From Candidatus Omnitrophota bacterium (GTDB lineage Bacteria > Omnitrophota > Gorgyraeia > B26-G9): DNA of 64,000 bases. The stretch covers positions 21,660-85,659 of the forward strand of contig JBDRPX010000030.1 in NCBI GenBank assembly GCA_043826565.1, given 5' to 3'. Below the pieces are notes generated by a model. It ran no database searches, was not told the DNA's origin, and was given only the letters and a program-made list of their open reading frames with translations. The translations under genes and the position numbers were made by a program. This document shows, in pieces, positions 9,076-17,876 of the stretch; position 1 is the first letter of the stretch; every line of letters begins with the position of its first letter.

Positions 9076-10797
9076 TTAATATCCCAGGTTGCGGACATTT
9101 TCAGAATATTTTAAAGCTAATTCCGTTTCTCCTCTTGATTCATATAACTTAGCCAAATCATAATGCGCCAATACATACTCCGGCTTAGCGGCAATTGCGC
9201 TTTTAAATGCTTCGATGGCTTTTTCTTCTTCCTCCCGGGACATAAAAAGCATCCCCAATTTATGATACACCGACGGATTCCGCGGACTAAGTGCCAACGC
9301 TTTTTTCAGCATTTGCTCCGCCGCGGGAAAATCCTGCTGATTCAGATAAAAAACACCCATATTATAATAAGCTCCGGCATAGCCGGATTTCTTATCAACC
9401 GCGCTCTTAAATGACGCAATCGCCTGTTTATCCTGGCCTAAGGCTAAATAAATCAGTCCCAGATTATTATAAGCATCCGCGGAATCCGGGGAAATACTGA
9501 GAACTTTTTTCAATGTCCGCATAGCCTGCGCATACTCACCGGCATCCTGATAAGCAGTGCCTAAATTCACCAGCAGTTCTGTATTTTCCGGTTCATATTG
9601 TAATGAATGTTTATAAAAAGTAATCGGATCACTCCAGCAATTAACCTGCTTAATCGCTAAAAAAGCATATACAATAAGTAAAACAATTCCCCCGCTAAGG
9701 CGAATTCTCTTATCAAGCATTGTGGTATCTTTCCTGACTATATTATTCGCGATAACCAGGAAAAAACCGATTGACGGAAGATATAAATAATTTTCCGACA
9801 TATAAAACGCGATCGGATAGATATTTGAAAACGGCAGTAATGTAATAAAAAACCATAGTATCGCAAATGAATGCAGAGGATTAGATTTTAACTTTTTAAA
9901 CGCGTAATAAAAAGCTGCGGTAACAAACATAAAACCGGTAATTACCTGCGGGTCAAAAAATGAGAATATTTTTTGCCCGTATCCCATATGCAGCTGAATG
10001 GGTAAAATAAAAATACGCAGATAATTAGTTACCGCGGCAAAGAATCCGGGAATTCTCTCCCCCAGGCCGTGCATTGCCGAAACTACCGGCTTTTCCGCGG
10101 CTAAAACAAATATTCTCATCATTAAATATCCGGCAAGCACCAGCCCGGCCGGAATAACCGGACGAAGATTCCACTTTCCCTTTAAATAATAATATATGCA
10201 CGGCAGTAAAAAAATCAGGACTATCGTATTTTCTTTTGCCAGAATGGCAAATAAGTAAGTTATTACCATTGCCCCGGTCCAAAAAACAGATTTACCCCGC
10301 AAACTTTTAATATAAACGATTAGGCTAAGAAGCATAAAAAAGCCTCCTAAAAGATTTCCCCGGCCGGAAATATAGGCCACGGATTCAACCTGTACCGGAT
10401 GCACAATAAACAAAATACTTGTCCAGAAAGCAATTGTCTTACTGCCAAAAAGCAAATAAAGAAATCCAAATAAAGCCAGGCCGGTGAGAATATGCAGAAT
10501 AATATTGGTAAGATGATATCCCGCGGGATTTAATTTCCATAAGGTGTAATCAGCGAGAAAGCTCAAGATGGAGAGGGGGCGATAAAAGATCGACCCCTTA
10601 CCACTGCCGATCCCGATATTTTCCGTTAATATGCGCGGGATATTCTGCCAGCTTTTGATATAGGTATTATTCTCGACCAAAGAATGATCATCCCAGATAA
10701 AAGCGCCTCCGCAGGCATTCTGATAAATAATCAATCCTGCGGCAATGATCAGAAAAACATATAAGAGTATTTTTCCCTTTTTTTTATCAGCGATCAT
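9076..10797 (-). CDS. Multi-pass membrane protein with C-terminal TPR repeats; TMTC/PMT-like (GT-C fold) candidate glycosyltransferase
   Basis: N-terminal ~380 aa hydrophobic domain with a WDDHSLVENN motif, as in TMTC/DUF1736 proteins. C-terminal ~190 aa have TPR-like repeats (AYNNLGLIY, AYYNMGVFY, VYHKLGMLF). Confidence 0.45.
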   Translation of the reverse strand: MIADKKKGKILLYVFLIIAAGLIIYQNACGGAFIWDDHSLVENNTYIKSWQNIPRILTENIGIGSGKGSIFYRPLSILSFLADYTLWKLNPAGYHLTNIILHILTGLALFGFLYLLFGSKTIAFWTSILFIVHPVQVESVAYISGRGNLLGGFFMLLSLIVYIKSLRGKSVFWTGAMVITYLFAILAKENTIVLIFLLPCIYYYLKGKWNLRPVIPAGLVLAGYLMMRIFVLAAEKPVVSAMHGLGERIPGFFAAVTNYLRIFILPIQLHMGYGQKIFSFFDPQVITGFMFVTAAFYYAFKKLKSNPLHSFAILWFFITLLPFSNIYPIAFYMSENYLYLPSIGFFLVIANNIVRKDTTMLDKRIRLSGGIVLLIVYAFLAIKQVNCWSDPITFYKHSLQYEPENTELLVNLGTAYQDAGEYAQAMRTLKKVLSISPDSADAYNNLGLIYLALGQDKQAIASFKSAVDKKSGYAGAYYNMGVFYLNQQDFPAAEQMLKKALALSPRNPSVYHKLGMLFMSREEEEKAIEAFKSAIAAKPEYVLAHYDLAKLYESRGETELALKYSENVRNLGY

Positions 10798-10800
10798 GAC

Positions 10801-12246
10801 TTAATCAATCACATCCACATTCTTTTTATTCATACCCAACACGGATAATGCCGCCTTGGTTTTTTTAAATAATTCATGCGCGGAACGGATCTTTACGGCC
10901 CGGGATAATACATACCCGGGACGCAGATAAAATCCCCGGTAAAATTTCACCAGCAGCCCGAATAATTCCTCACGCTTAAAATTTTCTTCCCATACCGGAA
11001 GTTTAAATCCGGGGCGCGGCTCCCGGGAAAATTCCTGCCAAAGGTCTGTTTTAATAATACCCTGCTTTAGCCCCTGCGCATAGAACTCTGTGCCCGGATA
11101 AGGAGAAAATATGGTAAAATGCGCGTATGCCGGACGTACTGCTTTAGCCAGATTAAAAGAATCCTGAATATCCGCTAAAGTTTCCGAAGGTAATCCGATC
11201 ATAAAATAAGCCAGAGTATCTATGCCGGCCTGCCGGGTGAGATTGAATGTTTCTTTTACTTTTTCAATCGTAAAACCTTTTTTTATTACTTCCAGCATCC
11301 GGTTATTACCGGCTTCGATCCCGTAATGTATGCCCACACACCCGGCTGTTTTTAAAGCCTTGAGCATTTTTTTCTCAACCATATCCACCCGGGTCCGGAT
11401 ATCCCAGCGGATCTTTAACTTCCGGCGGATGATCTCCTCGCATATCTCAAACACACGTTTCTTATCCACGGTAAAAGTATCATCATAAAACAAAAAATCA
11501 CAAATCCCCATTTCCACACATTCGGCAAGCTCATCAACTACATTTTTCGCGCTGCGCGTCCGAAACACCGAAGTTACCGGAGAAAGCGGACGGTCACAGA
11601 AAGCGCAGTGAAACGGACACCCCCGGCTGCTGATAAATGTTGTCGAAAGCCGGCGCCTACTCAATAAAGAACCGTACTGATTCTTATCCACCATCTCCCG
11701 CGCCGGGAACGTGATCGTATCAATATTTTGTATCGGAGCAAAATCATTTTGCACCACTTTTCCCTGCTGATCTTTATACATCAACCCGGGAATTGTTGGG
11801 TAATTTTCCGGATTATTTATGTTCTCTAAAAAAGTAATAAAAGACTCTTCAGCCTCTCCTTTTAAAACAAAATCCACACCCTTAAGATTAATCGTCTCCT
11901 GAGGATATAAATGAACATGAGTTCCGCCTAAAACAACTTTAGCCTGCGGCAGGTTTTTTTTGACCATGGCAACTGTTTTAAAAACATCGATCAGGGTAAA
12001 AGTCATTGCCGTAATTCCCACAACATCATAAGAATCTTTCCCAAGATACGTTTGCAATTGTTCATATGTCCAGTTAAGCGGCTGGGTATCCAGGATTTTC
12101 ACTTCGAATTTATTATATTTTTTAATTGCCGCGGCCAGATAAAGCAAACCCAGCGGTAAATTATAACCCCGGTGTTTTTCTATAATCGCCGGGTTTTTAC
12201 CGATCAGTTCATTCGCTCGGGGAGGATTGATCAGAAGAATTTTCAT
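10801..12246 (-). CDS. B12-binding-domain radical SAM enzyme
   Basis: N-terminal cobalamin-binding-like domain (MKILLINPP...LGLLYLAAAIKKYNKFEVKILD) and a radical SAM CxxxCxxC motif (SRGCPFHCAFCD). Confidence 0.8.
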   Translation of the reverse strand: MKILLINPPRANELIGKNPAIIEKHRGYNLPLGLLYLAAAIKKYNKFEVKILDTQPLNWTYEQLQTYLGKDSYDVVGITAMTFTLIDVFKTVAMVKKNLPQAKVVLGGTHVHLYPQETINLKGVDFVLKGEAEESFITFLENINNPENYPTIPGLMYKDQQGKVVQNDFAPIQNIDTITFPAREMVDKNQYGSLLSRRRLSTTFISSRGCPFHCAFCDRPLSPVTSVFRTRSAKNVVDELAECVEMGICDFLFYDDTFTVDKKRVFEICEEIIRRKLKIRWDIRTRVDMVEKKMLKALKTAGCVGIHYGIEAGNNRMLEVIKKGFTIEKVKETFNLTRQAGIDTLAYFMIGLPSETLADIQDSFNLAKAVRPAYAHFTIFSPYPGTEFYAQGLKQGIIKTDLWQEFSREPRPGFKLPVWEENFKREELFGLLVKFYRGFYLRPGYVLSRAVKIRSAHELFKKTKAALSVLGMNKKNVDVID

Positions 12247-12306
12247 TTTTTAACACATTTCCCAAAATATGGCTGTTACAAAATGCCCCAATACCAACTT
12301 TTGCTT

Positions 12307-12338
12307 CTCTGTAATCTTGTTTAATCTATGTAATCAGG
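12307..12338 (+). promoter_or_regulatory. Copy C of the tripartite GTAATC/TAATC/AATCAGG motif
   Basis: ctctGTAATCttgttTAATCtatgtAATCAGG. It lies 60 nt upstream of the radical SAM start and about 160 nt before repeat-element copy 1. Confidence 0.4.
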
Positions 12339-12497
12339 CGCAGTTGCTATTATGCAACAGCGCCATAATTACTCTATCATACCACCTTAAAAAGGTAAAG
12401 AATAAAGGCATCTACTTCCGTCTGTCTTAATTCTGTTAACTGTTTAAAGTATAAAGTGTAATGTAAAAAATATTTGTTATATATAGTAAATAGATAT

Positions 12498-12621
12498 GGC
12501 AAAAATTCTCTTTGAGCGGCGCTTTCGAGCGTAATCCGCCCATGGATGGGCGAGATAGTGAGAACGCGCGGCCGCCAGGCACGATGCCGCAGCGGGCTTA
12601 GCTCAGATACGTGTTTTTGCC
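12498..12621. repeat. Copy 1 of a conserved ~110-125 nt structured intergenic element (candidate small RNA, leader or MITE)
   Basis: GGCAAAAAttctctttgaGCGGCGCTTTCGAGCG-[hairpin CCGCCCATGGATGGGCG]-GATAGTGAGAACGCGCGGCCGC-[hairpin GGCACGATGCC]-GCAGCGGGCTTAGC...GTGTTTTTGCC. It is homologous to the copies at 22122-22229 and 59585-59706. Terminal 8-nt inverted repeat GGCAAAAA/TTTTTGCC. Confidence 0.5.
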
Positions 12622-12698
12622 ATTAGCTATTTATCCCCCTGAAACTACCACGCCCAGAAGATGTTACATCCTGTAACTCGGCCTGGTCATTTCGTCCT

Positions 12699-12737
12699 GA
12701 AACGAAAACTCCCTCTGCAATTAGATTACAGAGGGAG
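12699..12737 (-). terminator. Rho-independent terminator of the FadL-family gene
   Basis: Minus strand: CTCCCTCTG-taatctaattg-CAGAGGGAG followed by TTTTCGTTT, 70 nt downstream of the stop codon. Confidence 0.55.
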
Positions 12738-12809
12738 TTAAGAAACATTATTCAATTATCCGCCACAAAACATTGGCGGTTAATCTTCGACGCAGAATCT
12801 GCGTCTCAA

Positions 12810-14339
12810 TTAAAACGCCATGCTTAACTGAGCCGTAACCCGGGTTTCTTCCGGAATACTATCTCCGTCAAAGTCGCTGGAGTCAGCAGACATTGCACCG
12901 GCAAGCTCAAGCCTTACCCACGGCATGTTTACTCCTAAACCGGCAGTATAAACCCAGCCGATATCACTTTCTTCGGTATTCTTGTACATTCCCGCGCGTA
13001 AGGAAAGAATTCGGATAAGCATCCATTCCGCGCCAAACGCGATATTTTTTGTATCATAACCGGGTAATGCGGTTTCGTTTTTCGTAATATCGTAATCACA
13101 TTCTAAAGTCATACCATTCCACGGCATAAACGCCACCCCGGCAGTAACAGCAGGGTCTAAACTAACATCCTTAAACACGGTTCCGCCGACCGTCGGCCCG
13201 TCAAACTCAGGACTGTTTAAATTACGCCCGACAATACCCAAATTGAATTTTCCTAATTTGGCCATTGCGCCTAAGTCCACGCCGAAAGTTGTGGTTTCTT
13301 TATAATTATTATCCGCTTCCGATACGATATCACCGGAATCTTTCTTAAAAACTACCAGCTGAGTACCATATACTCTGCCCTTCATTACTTTCAGGTTTCC
13401 GCCGATAGATATATTCTCATTTAAAGCACGGCCGTAAGAAATCGGGATCTCATACATGCCAAACCCTTCTAAGGTAGCGCTGGTAGTATTATTTTCAATA
13501 CCTCCGGTAGTTCCGGTTGTTGCCGCTGCCACACTACCTAAAAGATCTACTGCCTGCTGAAGTTCCGCAGTTCCGGTACTGATACCTGCTTGTCTGGCTG
13601 CATAGTCAAGCTTCTGAATTGAACCTCCTGCACCTGCCGTAAAGCCAGCAGCTAACAACTGAGCTTGTTGCGCAGGAGTAAAAAGAGAAGTTAACCCGTC
13701 ATCTCCGGTTAAAGTTACCGCGACAATGTCGGCATTTAAGGTCGCCATATTCACTTCCAGCCCCAAGTTGGTCGTATCAATAGCAGATACCCGCACACTT
13801 ACCTGCATCATTCCGCGGACACCAATAGCAAAATTATTTATGCGCACCGCAGTTCCGGCATTTCCGTCAAAAGTAATCGCGTTCCCGGAATCATCCAAAC
13901 GGCTGATAAATTCCGCGGCTTTGGTCAGATTCTGCAAATCCGCTTCATTCTGAATATCATTTGCTCCTAATTCCGTAATATCGATTTTTGATAAATCATC
14001 TAATAATTTCCCGAGATTTTCATGAATCCGATAACCTACCCCAACATTCGTATCCCAGGCAAAATTGCCCGGATCAGTATCTAATTCTCTTTGCTGGGCC
14101 ATAAACCCAAATGCCGCCGGATTATAATACTGCGCGGTGGTATCATTAACACATGCCACATTCGCTCCGGCCATACCCGCACCTCTTGCTCCGACAAGGA
14201 AATTATCTAAAGCAAAAACCTGGCTAGGAACCATTAACATCAAACATAATACAAAAGCCGCTGCCCCCGCAATCCTTACATCTATAAACTTTCTCATTCC
14301 TATGTTCCTCCTTTCATTTATTAAAAACCTATTAATCAT
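12810..14339 (-). CDS. FadL/TodX-family outer-membrane beta-barrel transporter for hydrophobic compounds
   Basis: Signal peptide, then GARGAGMAGANVACVNDTTAQYYNPAAFGF (the FadL-family N-terminal NPAG-type motif), and a C-terminal aromatic residue (..QLSMAF). Confidence 0.5.
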   Translation of the reverse strand: MINRFLINERRNIGMRKFIDVRIAGAAAFVLCLMLMVPSQVFALDNFLVGARGAGMAGANVACVNDTTAQYYNPAAFGFMAQQRELDTDPGNFAWDTNVGVGYRIHENLGKLLDDLSKIDITELGANDIQNEADLQNLTKAAEFISRLDDSGNAITFDGNAGTAVRINNFAIGVRGMMQVSVRVSAIDTTNLGLEVNMATLNADIVAVTLTGDDGLTSLFTPAQQAQLLAAGFTAGAGGSIQKLDYAARQAGISTGTAELQQAVDLLGSVAAATTGTTGGIENNTTSATLEGFGMYEIPISYGRALNENISIGGNLKVMKGRVYGTQLVVFKKDSGDIVSEADNNYKETTTFGVDLGAMAKLGKFNLGIVGRNLNSPEFDGPTVGGTVFKDVSLDPAVTAGVAFMPWNGMTLECDYDITKNETALPGYDTKNIAFGAEWMLIRILSLRAGMYKNTEESDIGWVYTAGLGVNMPWVRLELAGAMSADSSDFDGDSIPEETRVTAQLSMAF

Positions 14340-14520
14340 ATATTCAACTATCCTGCCGCCTATAATTTTTTCTCTCTACCCGCCGGGATACTTCTGCGAA
14401 CTTGCCCACGGCGAGGTCTCGCCATTGTCCGCTTACAGCGGCTACTTGGCGGACTCGCTACTTGCTACTCTTTACTCAAATAATAATACTTCTAATACAG
14501 ATTATTTTCAAGCAAAACTT

Positions 14521-17500
14521 TTAGCTCACCGGGAAAGTAATCGTAAATTTTGTGCCTTGTCCTTCTTCGCTTTCCACGGAAATATCACCGTTATGGTTTT
14601 TTATGATCCGGTAAACAATGGATAATCCCAGGCCGATCCCTCCGTCAGGAGATTTTGTCGTAAAAAAAGGATTAAAAATATTATTTAAACTCTCCTGAGA
14701 AATACCACAGCCGGTATCACTGATCTTTATTTCCACATGTTTTTTATCAGCGGTTAAGGCCGTAGCCACACTTATATCTCCCCCTTCCGGGCACTCTAAG
14801 CTGTCGATAGCATCCCGCGCATTTGAAATAAGATTAACAAAAATCTGCTGCAGCTGGTTTTCATCGCCCTGGATATCCGGCAGGTTTTCGCTAAAATCCA
14901 GGTTTAACCGGATATTGCGCAGCTTAAGCTGCTGGCTGATTAATGATAATGAATCTTCCAATGGTTTATGAATACTGATTTTTTCCATTTTAAATTTGGA
15001 CTTCCGGGAGAAAAAACGGATCTCTTTAATGATCTTATCCATTCTATCAGCTTGTTCTAAAATTCTATTTATATCTTCCCGGAAAGGGCTGTTTTCCTCC
15101 AGATCCATCTGCATAGCCTGGGCAAATCCCTTAATCCCGGTAAGCGGCTGATTTAATTCATGCGAAATACCCGCGGCCATCTGCCCCATTGCCGCCATTT
15201 TCCCGGATTGAATAATCTGTTCCTGTGCTTCCTTTAACTGATTATAAGCCTCCCGAAGTTCCATTTCATTTTTCTTTCTTTCAGTAATGTTCCGCACACT
15301 GGACACAATATACTGTTTATTTTCAAACTCCACATATTTAACATTCGCTTCTATGGGGAAAATCGCTCCGTACTTGGTTTTGCTTCGGCCTTCTATCACA
15401 AACATACCCCGCGCTCTCACCTCTTCGACATGTTTTTCCCAACTTAATTCATCCGGAAAGATCGTTTCAATATCCATAACTCTCATAGCCAGCATTTCCT
15501 TGCGGGAATAGCCGTACAAATCACAGGCCCGGTCATTTAAATCAATAACTTCAGCAGTTTTCGGATCGACGATAAAAATCGCGTCATTGGATTGATCCAG
15601 TAAAGCGCGAAATACTTTCAGATCATTCTCTGACTGCTTACGCTGGGTAATGTCTCGGGCATATAAATTAACATATTCTTCTAATACCGGAGTTATATCA
15701 AATAAATAAACCTTATCACCGCAGACCAATTCTTCCGCGCAATCCTCTCCGGAAGAAAACACTTTGGCGATCAGATCAGTCCAAAAACCCGGGAGTTTTT
15801 TACCTACGGCAGATCCCCATATAGCAAGTAATATTTTTCCGGCGATATTAGAATAGAGCACTGTCCCGTGTTTGTCTATTCGCAATACCGGATTGGGGTT
15901 TTCCTCCGGGAACCTTGCCAAGTCCTTGATTTTTTCCTCTGCCATCTTGCGTTCGGTAATATCCTGAAAAATACCCCGGACTTTTACAACCCTACCGTCT
16001 GTTTCCACAACTTCGCCGATTGCCTGACACCACTTTAAATTTCCCTTTTTTGTTTCAAGCATTGCTTCAAATACCATCGGCTGTTTTGTCTCGATTAAAT
16101 CTTTCATTTTTTTCTTTATCATCTCGCGGTACTCAGGAAGATACCAGTCCACATGCTCATTTGCTCCGGGGATAGGCTCATCTTGCTCAATCTCGACGAT
16201 ATCATAAACCCCTTTAGTCCATACTGCTTTGCCGCCTTTTTCTAAATCCATTTCCCATCCGCCGATCCTGGCAATATCTCCGACTTTATTTAACAATCTC
16301 TCTCTTTCTTTTAAATCATCTTCTATTTTTCTTCTTTCGGTAATATCCTCATGCATCATTATTACATTACGAATTACCCTATTTTTATCCTTAGTTGAAT
16401 ACATATAAGAACGAATAATACGTTTTCTTCCTTTTATATTAGCTGATGAAGTTTTCTGAGGATCATATTCAAACGGCGGCAGAGAAATGGGTTCACCGGC
16501 AAAAGCTCTTTCAATATATGGCATAAACCCCAAACTTTCCACCTGGTCATCGCGAAGAATATTGTATTCTTCGTGTATTCTACTTAATTCTTCACGACTC
16601 ACTCCCCAAAGTTCTGCATAAGCATCATTAACCTGCAAAATCTGTCCCTCAGGGTTCATTATTTGAATAGCCACAGGAGACTGTTCCATAAAAGCACGAA
16701 AGCCTTCTTCGCTTTCCCGAAGCTCTTCTTCGGCTTGTTTACGTTCCGAGACATCCCTGATTACTCTAAGAATTCCCATCGCTTTTGCTTTATCATCAAA
16801 GATCAATGCCGCGGAAGTTTCGCCATAAAAAATACTTTTGTCTTTTCTTATATGCTTGTCCGTAATCTGTTTCATTTTCCCATCAGCCACTAAATTACGA
16901 AAACGCTCCTGCTCCATACCCCAGTCTTCCGGAGAAATAAGTTCCTTAAAAGAATGTCCAATCAATTCATTATCGCGATCATATCCATACAAATCCAAGG
17001 CTTGCGGAGAAAGAAAAGTTAATACTCCCTCCAGATCACTCATAACTATCGCGTCCGGTGAGGTATTTACCAGGGTACGATAAGTCACCTTTTTCTGGGC
17101 CAAAAGAACTGCCGACCTTTTTCTTATTAAAATATTGGCAAATAGTTCTCCAATACACCTAAATCTCGACAATAACTCTTTCGGCCATTCCCTGGCTTTA
17201 GTTATATCATTAATTGAGATCATCCCCAGAGCTGATCCGGCCACAGCCAGAGGGATAACCACAATACCCTTAAGGCCGTTTTTCTTAAATAATTTAAGTT
17301 CCGGCACTGCCGAATCCGGGATATTTTTGGGGTCATTAACCACAATAATTTCTTTTTGTTTTATTTTTTTGATTGTCCAGGAAAAATCTTTTAAGATTAC
17401 CGGCGGCGGATTAATATCGGGAGGAGCATAGTAATGGGTTGTTTCTAAAGAATTTTCGTCTTGAGAAGGAAACTGCGCCAGAGAAATTCGCTCAATTTGC

Positions 17501-17724
17501 AAACACTGCGCGATTTGTTCCAACGCGAAAGTTATTTCCTCGTCAAATCTTTCAACCGGAGCATTAATAAAATTTGTGGAAAGTTCATACAGAAGACTGT
17601 CCAGGGACACCAGCTGCGCCAGTTCAGTATCTGCCTGCAGGATTTTTTTCGCGCTTTGCGCGATTTTCTTTATCGAAGATACCGTTTTCCTTGCCGGCTT
17701 CCTCTTTTTTGTGTTTCTAGACAT
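14521..17724 (-). CDS. Multi-sensor (GAF + several PAS) histidine kinase
   Basis: 1067 aa. C-terminal HisKA (AAGISHELNQPLTGIKGFAQAM) and HATPase_c (ISDTGCGI...GGIGLGLSIVYRIIKNHNGDI). Upstream lie a GAF-like region and at least four PAS-like repeats. Confidence 0.8.
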   Translation of the reverse strand: MSRNTKKRKPARKTVSSIKKIAQSAKKILQADTELAQLVSLDSLLYELSTNFINAPVERFDEEITFALEQIAQCLQIERISLAQFPSQDENSLETTHYYAPPDINPPPVILKDFSWTIKKIKQKEIIVVNDPKNIPDSAVPELKLFKKNGLKGIVVIPLAVAGSALGMISINDITKAREWPKELLSRFRCIGELFANILIRKRSAVLLAQKKVTYRTLVNTSPDAIVMSDLEGVLTFLSPQALDLYGYDRDNELIGHSFKELISPEDWGMEQERFRNLVADGKMKQITDKHIRKDKSIFYGETSAALIFDDKAKAMGILRVIRDVSERKQAEEELRESEEGFRAFMEQSPVAIQIMNPEGQILQVNDAYAELWGVSREELSRIHEEYNILRDDQVESLGFMPYIERAFAGEPISLPPFEYDPQKTSSANIKGRKRIIRSYMYSTKDKNRVIRNVIMMHEDITERRKIEDDLKERERLLNKVGDIARIGGWEMDLEKGGKAVWTKGVYDIVEIEQDEPIPGANEHVDWYLPEYREMIKKKMKDLIETKQPMVFEAMLETKKGNLKWCQAIGEVVETDGRVVKVRGIFQDITERKMAEEKIKDLARFPEENPNPVLRIDKHGTVLYSNIAGKILLAIWGSAVGKKLPGFWTDLIAKVFSSGEDCAEELVCGDKVYLFDITPVLEEYVNLYARDITQRKQSENDLKVFRALLDQSNDAIFIVDPKTAEVIDLNDRACDLYGYSRKEMLAMRVMDIETIFPDELSWEKHVEEVRARGMFVIEGRSKTKYGAIFPIEANVKYVEFENKQYIVSSVRNITERKKNEMELREAYNQLKEAQEQIIQSGKMAAMGQMAAGISHELNQPLTGIKGFAQAMQMDLEENSPFREDINRILEQADRMDKIIKEIRFFSRKSKFKMEKISIHKPLEDSLSLISQQLKLRNIRLNLDFSENLPDIQGDENQLQQIFVNLISNARDAIDSLECPEGGDISVATALTADKKHVEIKISDTGCGISQESLNNIFNPFFTTKSPDGGIGLGLSIVYRIIKNHNGDISVESEEGQGTKFTITFPVS

Positions 17725-17876
17725 ATCTGTCTCCTAACTAAACATCTATTTCACAAGTTCAATACTACTCCTAGAACTTCTAGTTTGCAACATAAAACAA
17801 ACTCTTAGAATATTTCCTTTTCCGCTCTATCCAGCTATCAGTATAACTTCAATATTTTTGTTTTCATCTTTCGTTT

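Noticed and set aside
12555-12580. Sigma-54-like GGCACG-N-CGC pattern inside element copies 1 and 3
   Set aside because: The GG to GC spacing is one nucleotide short of the -24/-12 consensus and the -12 TTGC is absent. The pattern faces away from the adjacent genes and is missing in copy 2. It is more simply a variable hairpin of the element.
12498-12621. Cobalamin riboswitch hypothesis for the element upstream of the B12-radical SAM genes
   Set aside because: No B12-box (GCCACUG-like) or other conserved cobalamin riboswitch core is visible, and at 110-125 nt the element is shorter than typical cobalamin riboswitches. It is kept as an unknown structured element instead.
12717-12741. CTGCAATTAGATTACAG resemblance to the GTAATC/GATTA motif
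   Set aside because: It is the loop and arms of the rho-independent terminator of the FadL-family gene. The similarity is short and explained by the palindromic terminator.
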